Notes: generated from the sequence alone by a model not told the origin. 32,000 bases of DNA from an uncultured Sangeribacter sp. (GCA_964480495.1 CAYZPH010000002.1:59357-91356); one strand, 5' to 3'. Numbered from the stretch's first letter, positions 1 through 9,726 are shown. A program made the numbers and translations.

Positions 1-125
1 ATTTTCTGCATTAGATTCGAGATAAACTTATCCATCTCGCTTTCTTTGGGCGCAGCAAAAGCAGTGCCGCATACAGAAACGGCTGCACAAATCGTCAAAA
101 ACGTATTTTTATCAAAAATTTTCAT
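1..125 (-). CDS. 5' end of a secreted protein, possibly a second GH3 beta-glucosidase (partial, continues past window start)
   Basis: The reverse complement of 1-125 reads MKIFDKNTFLTICAAVSVCGTAFAAPKESEMDKFISNLMQK with no stop. The N-terminus is signal-peptide-like. Its ATG (125-123) overlaps the TGA (124-122) of the upstream GH3 gene. 'FISNLMQK' resembles the '..LSxMTLxEK' start of mature GH3 enzymes (the neighbour has VEDALSRMTLQEK). The family call is weak because only 41 codons are visible. Confidence 0.6.
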   Translation of the reverse strand, partial: MKIFDKNTFLTICAAVSVCGTAFAAPKESEMDKFISNLMQK

Positions 126-2362
126 TTCAGCTTAAATTTCAAGGTTGATTGAATATTGTCGGAAGCATTCCCCACAGCAGCCACAAAAGTGCCAGGTTCT
201 GCCACCCATTCATGCCTATCGGCATCAAAATAAGACAACTCATCCTTAGTAATTGACAAGCTGACCTTTCGGGTCTCGCCGGGCTGCAGATAGACTTTCG
301 AGAAAGCCTTGAGTTCCTTAGCCGGACGAAGCACGGAGCATTCCGGATCAGAGATGTAAAGTTGAACAACCTCAGCACCCGCACGGTCGCCTGTATTGGT
401 CACCTCTACACTAAAAGTAACGACATCGTTGGCAGAAATATTGTTACGGTCAGCCTTAAGCTTACCGAATCTAAAAGTAGTATAACTGAGTCCGTGACCG
501 AAAGCAAAGAGAGGCTTCACTTTCTTGGTATCGTGCCAACGGTAGCCTACAAGTATTCCTTCCTTATATTCAAGGTCAATAATGGGGGAGTCAGCACGTT
601 TCACTCCCGGATATGCACCAAGAGCATGCACAGAATTGTCACCGAGAGAGACGGGGAATGTGAACGGAAGTTTTCCTGACGGATTCACTTTTCCAAAGAG
701 TATATCGGCAATAGAATTGCCTGCTTCGGAACCAAGGAACCAAGCCTGAAGAATTCCTTTAACGGAATTAACCCAAGGCATTGCCACGGCATTTCCACTG
801 ATATTCACAACTACAGTGTTAGGATTGACCTTTGCGAGAGCCTTGATGACCTCGTCTTGACCGTATGGAAGACCGAGTGCGACACGATCAGCATCCTCAC
901 AATCCTGTCCGGCACTTTTATTAAGTCCGCCTACAAATATCACATAGTCAGCACCACGAGCCTTCTCGCAAGCCTCTGCAATAAGTTCTGCGGGCGTACG
1001 CGAATCAGAGAGATCCTGACCGGTCACCACACCATTGTATTCTCCTGTGATGTCGCCCACATATCCGCGAGCGAAATCCACTGTACAACCAGCTTCTGCT
1101 GCAGCCACAGAAATACCCTGAAGAGGAGAGACTTCATACTGCACCTTAAGGGAACTGCTACCACCACCGACCGTCATCATCTTGATGGCATTCTCGCCCA
1201 CCACGAGAATTTTCTTTCCTTCGCCGGCAACTATCGGAAGGACATTATCTTGATTTCGGAGCAAGACGACACCTTCGGAGCCGATGGTACGCGCAGCTGC
1301 ATAGTGCTCATCGCTACAAAGGGCACCGTATCCCTTTCCTTCCTTCATTGACGTACGCATAATGAGCCTAAGCACACGGCGCACCTTGTCATCAAGTTCT
1401 GTGGTACCTACCTCACCTTTCTTGATAAGTTCAATATACGGGTCAGCAAGATAATAGTTGTCGTATGCATTGCTTTTGCCACCTGAAAGACCGTCGGTCC
1501 AGCTTCCGAACTCGAGGTCAAGACCATTGGCAATCGCTTGGCGAGTGTCGTGAGTACCGCCCCAGTCGCTGACCACTGCACCGTCAAACCCCCATTCCTT
1601 TTTAAGGATCTCGTTAAGCATACGATTGTTATGACAAAGATGTTCATCGCCATAAAGATTATAAGCTGCCATAAGAGACCATGCTCCACCCTCCTGAACG
1701 GCAGCCTTGAAAGCCGGGAGATATATTTCGTAGAGTGTACGGTCGTCGACAATCACATTCGTAGAGTGGCGATTTACCTCATTGTTGTTGAGAGCATAGT
1801 GCTTCACGCATGCAGCCACACCATTACTCTGAAGTCCTTGGATATAGGGCACAACCATTTTCGAAGAGAGAAAAGGATCCTCACCCATATATTCGAAATT
1901 TCTGCCATTGAGGGGTGTGCGATAAATGTTAACACCCGGACCGAGCAGAATATCCTTACCTCTATAAAGAGCCTCCTCACCTATCGACACGCCGTATAAT
2001 CTCGACATATCCGGATTCCAAGATGCCGCGAGACAGGTGAGGGCGGGAAATGCTACACATGAATCATTGGTCCAGCCAGCCTGATTCCATTCATCCCATA
2101 ATACTTCCGGACGAATGCCGTGAGGGCCATCTGTTGTCCACAATTCCGGGATTCCGAGTCTTGGAACACCCTTTGAGCAAAATTTAGACTGAGCATGAAG
2201 AATCCCTACCTTTTCCTGCAATGTCATTCGTGAGAGAGCATCTTCCACACGCTGTTCAATGGGAAGAGCAGGGTTCTTATATGCTGGAACATCTGCATTC
2301 CGAGCCGATATGGCAGTAGAAAGAGCCAGTGCTGCGGAAGCAATAAATAAAAGATATTTCAT
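122..2362 (-). CDS. Glycoside hydrolase family 3 beta-glucosidase (BglX-like), secreted
   Basis: 746-aa ORF with an N-terminal signal peptide. GH3 hallmarks are present: RMTLQEKVG, KHYALNN, and GAVVSDWGG (nucleophile Asp in SDW). Length fits the C-terminal fibronectin-like region. The gene sits 9 bp downstream of the GH16 gene in a PUL. Confidence 0.93.
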   Translation of the reverse strand: MKYLLFIASAALALSTAISARNADVPAYKNPALPIEQRVEDALSRMTLQEKVGILHAQSKFCSKGVPRLGIPELWTTDGPHGIRPEVLWDEWNQAGWTNDSCVAFPALTCLAASWNPDMSRLYGVSIGEEALYRGKDILLGPGVNIYRTPLNGRNFEYMGEDPFLSSKMVVPYIQGLQSNGVAACVKHYALNNNEVNRHSTNVIVDDRTLYEIYLPAFKAAVQEGGAWSLMAAYNLYGDEHLCHNNRMLNEILKKEWGFDGAVVSDWGGTHDTRQAIANGLDLEFGSWTDGLSGGKSNAYDNYYLADPYIELIKKGEVGTTELDDKVRRVLRLIMRTSMKEGKGYGALCSDEHYAAARTIGSEGVVLLRNQDNVLPIVAGEGKKILVVGENAIKMMTVGGGSSSLKVQYEVSPLQGISVAAAEAGCTVDFARGYVGDITGEYNGVVTGQDLSDSRTPAELIAEACEKARGADYVIFVGGLNKSAGQDCEDADRVALGLPYGQDEVIKALAKVNPNTVVVNISGNAVAMPWVNSVKGILQAWFLGSEAGNSIADILFGKVNPSGKLPFTFPVSLGDNSVHALGAYPGVKRADSPIIDLEYKEGILVGYRWHDTKKVKPLFAFGHGLSYTTFRFGKLKADRNNISANDVVTFSVEVTNTGDRAGAEVVQLYISDPECSVLRPAKELKAFSKVYLQPGETRKVSLSITKDELSYFDADRHEWVAEPGTFVAAVGNASDNIQSTLKFKLK

Positions 2363-2371
2363 ATCGTATCA

Positions 2372-3490
2372 TTACTTTTTCTGGAATACTCGAACATAGT
2401 CAATCTCCATGGTGGTAGGCAGGCAGTTCTCATCAACACCCATGGCGCCACCCCAGTCTCCGCCCCATGCAAGATTCAGGATCGGATAAAAAGCACGATT
2501 GAACGGCCATGTGGATATATTACCCTTGCCATCGTTGGAGAAATTGAGAAGCATGCTTCCATCTACAAAAGTGCGGATGTAGTCTTCAGTCCACTCAAGG
2601 CGATAGATATGGAAATCATCTTGAGCACCTTTCGTGAGGCGTTCGGCAGTTTTCTGAGTACCCTTCACATGGTTGTAACTTTCACAGTGGATAGAAGAGG
2701 ACGTATATTCCGGATTATATCCGACTTCCTCCATTATATCAATTTCGCCACACATCGGCCAAGGTGTCTTGTTCCAGTCGTTGCCTACGGGCATCATCCA
2801 ATATGCAGGCCAAGTTCCTTTTCCTTTAGGGAGCTTAATCGACGCCTCGAAAATGCCATATTTCCATCCAGAATTGACATGGGCATATATCCTTGCAGAA
2901 CAAATTTTGCCATCCTTAGCCTTGAAGCAATTGATCTTAAGAGTACCATCGCTGACCTCAGTGACCAGATTGCCGCCATAGGCAGCGTTGACATAAGTCT
3001 GAAGTTCATTGTTGACCCATCCTGGTCCCTGCACTTCATAAGTCCAGTCAGCACGGTTAAGTTCCGAGCCATCAAATTCATCATTCCATACGAGAGTGTA
3101 TCCTTCCGGCTCGGTGATTGGACCTAATGGTATTTCCTTCCCTTCTTGCGATATTTTCACCTCTGCACGTTTCGTCTTACTCTGAACAAGAACTGATCCT
3201 GATCGCGAGAATCGTGAAGAATTGCTTTCAACTTCCACCCGGATTTCGCCTTTCGAAGATAGAGTACCAGACTTCGATACCTTAATCCAAGAATCGGAAG
3301 GAGTCGCATCCCATTCACTCGGAGCAGTAATACCTATAATTGCCTCACCACCGGAAGCTGAGACCTCCATAGTTTCTACGGACAATGAAATATCGGGAAT
3401 GTTATCTACTGTCGGCGTGTCTTCGGAGTTTCCACACGCAGTAATCGAGAGCAGTAATTGTGACAGTAGTAGTAAAAACTTAATATTCAT
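2372..3490 (-). CDS. Lipoprotein GH16 endo-beta-glucanase (laminarinase/licheninase type) with N-terminal BACON-like domain
   Basis: 372-aa ORF with lipobox LSITAC. The N-terminal ~90 aa are BACON-like (SASGGEA...SRSGSVLVQ...VKISQ). The GH16 catalytic motif ExDxxE is present as GEIDIMEE, followed by the typical YRLEWTEDYI and DYVRVF strands. Confidence 0.92.
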   Translation of the reverse strand: MNIKFLLLLSQLLLSITACGNSEDTPTVDNIPDISLSVETMEVSASGGEAIIGITAPSEWDATPSDSWIKVSKSGTLSSKGEIRVEVESNSSRFSRSGSVLVQSKTKRAEVKISQEGKEIPLGPITEPEGYTLVWNDEFDGSELNRADWTYEVQGPGWVNNELQTYVNAAYGGNLVTEVSDGTLKINCFKAKDGKICSARIYAHVNSGWKYGIFEASIKLPKGKGTWPAYWMMPVGNDWNKTPWPMCGEIDIMEEVGYNPEYTSSSIHCESYNHVKGTQKTAERLTKGAQDDFHIYRLEWTEDYIRTFVDGSMLLNFSNDGKGNISTWPFNRAFYPILNLAWGGDWGGAMGVDENCLPTTMEIDYVRVFQKK

Positions 3491-3491
3491 A

Positions 3492-3544
3492 AGAAAAAAA
3501 TACTAAGGAGCCGGGATTGCGCCAAGAGGCGTAATCTCGGCTCC
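3492..3544 (-). terminator. Intra-operon GC-rich hairpin plus U-run (attenuator/partial terminator) between the SGBP and GH16 genes
   Basis: The minus-strand RNA reads ggagccgagattacgcc-tctt-ggcgcaatcccggctcc, a 17-nt stem with 2 A.C mismatches. It is followed by ttagtatttttttctt, which runs straight into the GH16 ATG at 3490. Confidence 0.4.
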
Positions 3545-3559
3545 GAACCTACCTGAAAA

Positions 3560-4960
3560 TTAATCGTGATGTACCTGAAGTATTATGTTGCTTACTTTTA
3601 TTTCAGTATTGTCGGGGCAAGTGCCGAAGTCAAAGACCAAAGACACTGCCTGCATTGCTTGACCCTCGCTTGGAGTGAGTTTGGCACGCCAGAACTTGTT
3701 AGGGCCTGCAAGGAGAGGAGTTTCATCAGCACAGAAATAATTGTTGTCATGCTTGTTGTCTTCCCCTTCATCGGTCTGAACGAGCTTAACCATAACAGCC
3801 GGGACATCTACGTTCGACTCAATAGTGCAAGTGAAGTCATACTGCACTGTTGGGTCATCGATACGTATGTCTGTATTGAGTGCGCACTGAGCCTGCCAGC
3901 GCTCCGGAGCAGCTACTGGAAGAGTGAAAGTATATGTGCCTGCACCATCGTCAGAGAATGCTGGATCAGCAATCTGATTCCATCCTGGAGCATACCAGAA
4001 CGACGGAGTATAGGTCATGCCATAGAAAAGGTTGTCAGCACTGTCATAAGCCACCCAGTTTGGTTCCGGATCTGTTGGAATTTCCGGGAGCACTGTACCA
4101 TCATCATCTTTGTGGTTTTTAAGCACAATATTCTCGATTGTTATAGTCACTCCTGCCGGATTACCACCGAAGTCGAAAGTATAAACGAGATTGTTCATGT
4201 CTACTACTGCTTCAAGATCGGAGAAGAAGAAGGCAGCAGGTTCGTCGGCAGTAAGGTTAATTTTCTGATTGCAGAAGAATGAGTGAGAATCATCATCGTC
4301 ACCATCAGGGTGAATCTTCATCGTAATATTTTTCATATCTTTATTTGCGGTGAAGATCACGGATCCATCGTAGTGCTCACCTGCGGGGAGCGAGATATCT
4401 GTGCCTACATGCATCTGCGCCTGCCACTGATCAGTAGTCGCCTCCGAGAGGGTGACTGAGATCACGTCGGTAGAGAAGTTGTGTGTAGGATCAGCAATCT
4501 GATTCCATCCTGGAGCATACCAGAAGCTATTGATCTGATGATTAGACTTTGGCCAGAGATTATATTCGCTCTCGTAGACATAACCGGCGAAGCCATTCAT
4601 TCTGGTTTTATCTATTGTAAAGGTCTTGGTAATAGTGCCATTTGAAACGCCATTGCCGTTGCCAACCTTAACTTCGACGGTATATTCTCCAGCCTTACGA
4701 TAATAGCGAGAGAATGCCATGTTGGTAGAATACGGCTTACCATCGATGTACCATACCGGATAAGTTCCCTTGCCGTTGAATTCGAAGTAAGCGGTGTTTG
4801 TTTCTTGATCAACATTGATGCTGACCGCATCCACATACGCAGAAGCCTCAGGGACATCGTTGATATTAACCTCGTAGTAATCCTTTTCTGAGCAGGAAGA
4901 AATCAGCAAAGGCGAAACCGCCAAAACTGCTGCGAGGAATGAAGATATACTGGTTTTCAT
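3560..4960 (-). CDS. SusE/F-positioned surface glycan-binding lipoprotein (SGBP) with Ig/PKD-like N-domain and two tandem repeated beta-sandwich domains
   Basis: 466-aa ORF with lipobox LISSC, located immediately downstream of susD. It contains two internal repeats, each carrying SFWYAPGWNQIADP...(E/D)(R/Q)WQAQ...GTDI/NTDI. I recognise no catalytic motif. Confidence 0.8.
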   Translation of the reverse strand: MKTSISSFLAAVLAVSPLLISSCSEKDYYEVNINDVPEASAYVDAVSINVDQETNTAYFEFNGKGTYPVWYIDGKPYSTNMAFSRYYRKAGEYTVEVKVGNGNGVSNGTITKTFTIDKTRMNGFAGYVYESEYNLWPKSNHQINSFWYAPGWNQIADPTHNFSTDVISVTLSEATTDQWQAQMHVGTDISLPAGEHYDGSVIFTANKDMKNITMKIHPDGDDDDSHSFFCNQKINLTADEPAAFFFSDLEAVVDMNNLVYTFDFGGNPAGVTITIENIVLKNHKDDDGTVLPEIPTDPEPNWVAYDSADNLFYGMTYTPSFWYAPGWNQIADPAFSDDGAGTYTFTLPVAAPERWQAQCALNTDIRIDDPTVQYDFTCTIESNVDVPAVMVKLVQTDEGEDNKHDNNYFCADETPLLAGPNKFWRAKLTPSEGQAMQAVSLVFDFGTCPDNTEIKVSNIILQVHHD

Positions 4961-4972
4961 GATTCTAAGATA

Positions 4973-6490
4973 TTAATACGGATTTTGATTAAGTGTTTTT
5001 CCTGCGCGATCGATTTCGCTCTGAGGAATCGGGAGATATTTCTTGTTTGGAGTCCACGAGTTAGTGCGATAGCCGTATTCGTCAGGAGTTAGAACAGAAG
5101 CAGCCTTGCCAGTACGGATAAGGTCCCAGTAGCGTTTTCCTTCGCCAACGAACTCGAGATGACGCTCTTCGATGATATTGTCGATGGTCGGTTCGAGTTC
5201 TGTTTCAAGTCCTGCACGACGACGCACCTGATTGAGATAGTTGCGAGCGTCGGCAGTATTACCACCAGTCAGCACGATAAGTTCGGCAGCATTGAGAAGA
5301 GCCTCCGAATAGCGATAAACACGCCAGTTGTTATTGTAGTTAAGTTCTCCTGAAGCCACTTGTCCGGCATTTCCATCTGCACGTGCAGAGTATTTTTGAA
5401 GGAAGAAACCGAAATCCTGATAGCGCTTGTTGTAAGTGCCGTCAAACGAGCGAACATCCCAGCAAGTTGCATCACGTCGCACATCATTTGCAGAATAACG
5501 GTTATAGGTTTCGAGTCGCAGCGGACAGAATCCCCAACCAGTATTGTGTCCGTCTTGCCCGGCAGGCCAGTTATTAGGGCTAATGAGTGTTGGAAGCACA
5601 GAGCCACCAGCTAAGAGTGGGGCACCCCAATCTCTTGCAGCATTTTCCGAAATATAGTTGATCTCATAGATTGACTCTTGGCTCCATTCGCCAGATTCCT
5701 CAAAGATAGATGCGTAGTCTCTAACAAGATCATAGTCGGGAGAAGCGATAATCTCTCTCATGTATTCGAGAGCCTTTGCATATCTATCCTTATCGTTCTG
5801 ATACATCACAACCTCTGCATAGAGCATATAAGCCATGGCTTGAGTGATTCGTCCATATGTGGCAGCGTTGCCTTTCCAGGGAAGCACATCAAGAGCAATA
5901 GCTTCCTCAAGATCGCTGACTATATGTGAATACACTTGGTCAGCAGTCATCTGATCAGTGATGTATGGGTCGGTGAGATTTTCGGTAAAGTAAGGCACAT
6001 TACCATAGAATTTCCAGAGCCAGTTTGCATAGTATGCACGTAGCACGTATGTCTGAGCCTTCCAAGACTTGATATCACTTTCAGATGCTCCGATTATATC
6101 CTTGGAAAGATAGCTGAATACGTCGTTGCATCTTTTCACACCGCTGAAGCCGTCGATCCAAATGCTTGTAAGCACCTTCATTGGGGTAGCCTCATAGTTA
6201 GCTATAAGATGCCAAACCTGGTTATCGTTTTTGTCGGCACCACCAACCCAAAAATCGTCTGCCATAATGTCAGCCATAAGGGTGTATGGCTCATAGTTTC
6301 CCATGCTCCAATCTGTCCAGTGCATAGGGTCGTAAGCAGCCACAACCGCTTCTTCTACGTGGTCTTTTGTAGAGAAATATTCCGACGCGTCTTCCTGAGT
6401 CGGGGAAGTCACCGTAAGGAAATCGTCACCGCATGATGTAAGCGCAACAGCAAATGCGGCAATTCCCAACGCTTTATATATAGTTTTCAT
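4973..6490 (-). CDS. susD: SusD/RagB-family outer-membrane glycan-binding lipoprotein
   Basis: 505-aa ORF with lipobox LTSCGDDFL, located directly downstream of the SusC-like gene. Size and helical TPR-like composition fit the family, and the C-terminus is family-like (KYLPIPQSEIDR...NPY). Confidence 0.93.
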   Translation of the reverse strand: MKTIYKALGIAAFAVALTSCGDDFLTVTSPTQEDASEYFSTKDHVEEAVVAAYDPMHWTDWSMGNYEPYTLMADIMADDFWVGGADKNDNQVWHLIANYEATPMKVLTSIWIDGFSGVKRCNDVFSYLSKDIIGASESDIKSWKAQTYVLRAYYANWLWKFYGNVPYFTENLTDPYITDQMTADQVYSHIVSDLEEAIALDVLPWKGNAATYGRITQAMAYMLYAEVVMYQNDKDRYAKALEYMREIIASPDYDLVRDYASIFEESGEWSQESIYEINYISENAARDWGAPLLAGGSVLPTLISPNNWPAGQDGHNTGWGFCPLRLETYNRYSANDVRRDATCWDVRSFDGTYNKRYQDFGFFLQKYSARADGNAGQVASGELNYNNNWRVYRYSEALLNAAELIVLTGGNTADARNYLNQVRRRAGLETELEPTIDNIIEERHLEFVGEGKRYWDLIRTGKAASVLTPDEYGYRTNSWTPNKKYLPIPQSEIDRAGKTLNQNPY

Positions 6491-6523
6491 ATCAGTCGAG
6501 ATATAATGTTAGATTAGTATTAT

Positions 6524-9500
6524 TTAAAACTCGATATTGAATCCCACAGTCCAAGTACGAGCCTGAGGATAAACTCCGAAGTCAACACCATTAGAGCTAT
6601 TTGAACCTGAGGAGATTTCAGGATCATAGCCATGATACTTAGTCCAAGTGGCGAGATTCTCAACAGCCACATAAGCGCGGAACTTCTGCACACCGATTTT
6701 CTTAGTGATATCGGAGGGGATAGTATAGCCGAGCTGCATATTCTTCAGTCTGCAATAGCTACCGTCATACACATAGAGGTCGGAGCTCTGCCAGTTGTAA
6801 CCATCGCCAATCACGAAACGCGGCACACGGTTGGAAGTGCCTTCGCCAGTCCAACGATCAAGCATCCATGAAGGAAGGTTTACCGAACGAGCATCGACAC
6901 GTCTGGTAGCATCGAAGATGTCGTTGCCGGCTACGCCTTGGAAGAATATATTGAAGTCAAAACCTTTCCATGCGAGATTAAGGGTTGCTCCATATGTCCA
7001 GTCTGGAGTACCGTTACCGATGTTGGTACGGTCGTCTTCAGTGATTGCTCCATTGCCATCGGTATCGACAAAGCGAACATCGCCCGGCACGAGAGAAGTA
7101 CCATATTTGGAATTGTATTCATTGGCCTCTGCCATGTTCTGAATAATGCCATTAGTCTTATAGCCATAGAAGTATGGGAACGGCTGGCCGTTTTCTGCTC
7201 TCAGGATAGTGCCTACACCCTGGAAGCTATCGAGGTTAGCCCAGCCCTCTTCGTTTCCGTATTTCACAAGTTTATTCTTGAGATACGAAAGGTTTGCGCT
7301 GATACCTACAGTGAGTTGATTGAAGAATTCATGACGGTAGCCGAGATCGAACTCAAGACCCCAGTTCTGCATATTGCCTACGTTGCCAACGGGGATTGCC
7401 TCACCAACATATTGCGGGAGAGACATTGTCATAAGCATGCCATTAGTTTTCTTGAAGAAGTAGTCTGCAGAGAAAGTCAGGCTATTGCTGAGGAAACCAA
7501 AGTCAAGACCGACGTCGTAAGATTCCGATTCCTCCCATTTGAGGTCAGGATTTGCGAGCTGCGATGGTTTTGTACCGATAGCAATTGAACCCGGGTTGCC
7601 AAAGATAGCATTGTTGTTGGAACTTGTGAGCGCCACATACTGGAAATTACCGATGTTCTCATTACCATTTTTACCCCACGAAGCACGCAGTTTCATGTTG
7701 TTTAGCCAGTTGCTCGAAGACTCCATGAATTGCTCGTTCATGATATTCCAGCCGGCAGATACAGAGGGGAATGTAGCCCAGTGGTTGTTTGCACCGAATC
7801 TGCTTGAACCATCACGACGTATAGTAGCTTGAATCATGTAGCGAGAATCGAAGTCGTAGCTTACACGTGCGAAATAAGATGCGAGTTTTGATTTCACCTG
7901 AGGTGCGCCCCATACGGTCATATCACCGTCTGCGGCAAGACCTGTACTTGCGTCAATATATGGACGGTCGTAGTTTGTGATATTATTGCGAGTTCCACCA
8001 AGGTACTGACCACCGCTCTCTTTAGCAGACTGACCGAGGAGGACGCTGAAAGTATGGAGATCAATAGTCTTGTCGTAAGAGAGGATATTCTCAATCTGCC
8101 ATACAAGACCACGCTCGCTTGTGGAGATGGCTGTAGAATGGTCTGTTGAAGCACCATCGCGCAGATAGTAGATAGGAGTATAGCCGTCGTATCCCCAGAA
8201 AGAAAGGTCTGCGCCATAGCTAATGCGATAGTGAAGATTATCCCAAATCTGAAGATCGCCGGTAAAGTTTCCTACAAACTTGTGACTCCAATTATTATTG
8301 CCAGGAAGCATAAGATTTGCAATCGGGTTACTCATCTCCTGGAAGTTACCAAATGCTGTCGGCACCATTACGAGTCGACCGTCGTTGCCATACATAGGCA
8401 CGTAGTCTGACTGGTTTGCAAGATAAGCCAACTGGGAAGCTTCCTCAGCGCTACCCTTTTCGAGATAAGGAGTGAGAATAGGCGACATTGCAAGAGCAGA
8501 GCCAAGAGGAGAGCCCCATGTAGAGTTAGTCTCAATGCCATGGCTTTTGATGCGAGTATATGCGAGATTTGTCTGCACTGTAGCTTTATTGAGCCAAGAG
8601 CGTTTTTTCGACTCATCGAAAAGCGTGATACCAAGATTTGAACGTAGAGTTAGACGATTGTAGTCTGAACGGTTGAAATTGCCACCTACAATACCATCTT
8701 GGTCATAATATCCAAGCGACAGCATGTATTTCACTGCCTCAGAACCACCGCTAACAGAAACTTGATGGTTCATCACTGGAGCGTTATTGTTGAAGACCTC
8801 TTCTTGCCAGTCTGTGCCTTCACCGTAAGAAGCAGGGTCAGCGTAAAGAGGAGCGACACCCGAATTGAGCGATCCCTCATTCATCATCATAGCATACTCA
8901 GTAGCGTTCAACACGTTGCGCTTCTTAGCAACACTCTGCCATCCGTAGCTGAATCCGTAAGTCACTTTTGCGCGACCGAGTTGTCCCTGCTTAGTTGTGA
9001 CAAGCACAACGCCATTGGCAGCACGAGCACCATAGACAGCGCCGGAAGCAGCGTCTTTAAGCACCTCAATAGATGCGATGTCGGCAGGATTAAGATAGTC
9101 GAGTCCACCTTCAATCGGCATGCCGTCTACGATATAGAGAGGATCCGAATTATTGATGGTTCCGACACCACGTATGCGCACCCTAGCGGCAGCACCGGGC
9201 TGACCGGAAGAAGAAGTAACGGTGACACCCGAAGCGAGACCCTTGAGAGCATTGTCGACTCTGACGGGAGCAGTCATCTCGAGGTCATCAGAATTAATGC
9301 TTGAAATAGCTGCAGTAACGACGCTTTTCTTCTGCGTGCCATATCCGATTACTACGAGGTCTTCAAGCATATCGGAGCTTTCAGTAAGCACAATCCGCAT
9401 AACCGGTTCGGCCTTTGCTTCCTTATCGCCGTAGCCCACCGCGCTGAAACGCAGGGTAGCGTTGTCAGGAACAGTAATCTTGAAATTACCATCGATATCG

Positions 9501-9667
9501 GTGGCAGTTCCTTTAAGAGTTGTTTTTTCGAGTACAGAGGCACCGATTATAGGCTCTCCAGCCGAGTCGGTGACAGTGCCTTTGACATCGATGTCTGCAT
9601 AGGCGACTCCCATGCCTGCAATCGCTGCCATAAAAGCAGACAGATACCTTGCTTTAAACTTTTTCAT
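6524..9667 (-). CDS. susC: SusC-like TonB-dependent outer-membrane transporter
   Basis: The tracked ORF begins at a TTG (9691). I place the start at the ATG at 9667 (MKKFKARYLSAF..., signal peptide). The protein has a carboxypeptidase-regulatory-like N-domain (DIDVKGTVTDSAGEPIIGASV), plug motifs (DLVVIGYGTQKK, DPLYIVDGMP) and a C-terminal beta-strand ending in an aromatic residue (TVGFNIEF). There is no STN signalling domain. Confidence 0.93.
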   Translation of the reverse strand: MKKFKARYLSAFMAAIAGMGVAYADIDVKGTVTDSAGEPIIGASVLEKTTLKGTATDIDGNFKITVPDNATLRFSAVGYGDKEAKAEPVMRIVLTESSDMLEDLVVIGYGTQKKSVVTAAISSINSDDLEMTAPVRVDNALKGLASGVTVTSSSGQPGAAARVRIRGVGTINNSDPLYIVDGMPIEGGLDYLNPADIASIEVLKDAASGAVYGARAANGVVLVTTKQGQLGRAKVTYGFSYGWQSVAKKRNVLNATEYAMMMNEGSLNSGVAPLYADPASYGEGTDWQEEVFNNNAPVMNHQVSVSGGSEAVKYMLSLGYYDQDGIVGGNFNRSDYNRLTLRSNLGITLFDESKKRSWLNKATVQTNLAYTRIKSHGIETNSTWGSPLGSALAMSPILTPYLEKGSAEEASQLAYLANQSDYVPMYGNDGRLVMVPTAFGNFQEMSNPIANLMLPGNNNWSHKFVGNFTGDLQIWDNLHYRISYGADLSFWGYDGYTPIYYLRDGASTDHSTAISTSERGLVWQIENILSYDKTIDLHTFSVLLGQSAKESGGQYLGGTRNNITNYDRPYIDASTGLAADGDMTVWGAPQVKSKLASYFARVSYDFDSRYMIQATIRRDGSSRFGANNHWATFPSVSAGWNIMNEQFMESSSNWLNNMKLRASWGKNGNENIGNFQYVALTSSNNNAIFGNPGSIAIGTKPSQLANPDLKWEESESYDVGLDFGFLSNSLTFSADYFFKKTNGMLMTMSLPQYVGEAIPVGNVGNMQNWGLEFDLGYRHEFFNQLTVGISANLSYLKNKLVKYGNEEGWANLDSFQGVGTILRAENGQPFPYFYGYKTNGIIQNMAEANEYNSKYGTSLVPGDVRFVDTDGNGAITEDDRTNIGNGTPDWTYGATLNLAWKGFDFNIFFQGVAGNDIFDATRRVDARSVNLPSWMLDRWTGEGTSNRVPRFVIGDGYNWQSSDLYVYDGSYCRLKNMQLGYTIPSDITKKIGVQKFRAYVAVENLATWTKYHGYDPEISSGSNSSNGVDFGVYPQARTWTVGFNIEF

Positions 9668-9718
9668 GAGATATAATTTTAGGTTTAGCAAATGTTAAAT
9701 ATTCTCAGATTTTTTTTG

Positions 9719-9726
9719 CAAAGATA
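9719..9726 (-). promoter_or_regulatory. Candidate Bacteroidetes -7 promoter box upstream of susC
   Basis: Plus-strand caaagata equals minus-strand TAtcTTTG, which matches the TAnnTTTG consensus. It lies 52 nt upstream of the susC ATG. No convincing -33 TTTG is seen at the expected spacing. Confidence 0.3.

Noticed and set aside
857-1351. A 164-aa plus-strand ORF. Similar ORFs at 362-679, 1538-1999, 2609-3127, 3566-4282, 6938-7588, 8699-9304 and 12966-13685 also run antisense to large glycosidase or transporter genes.
   Set aside because: Each lies entirely inside, and opposite to, an ORF with strong family motifs (GH3, GH16, SGBP, SusC, GH2). Their translations are low-complexity with no recognisable motifs. 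They are typical shadow ORFs.
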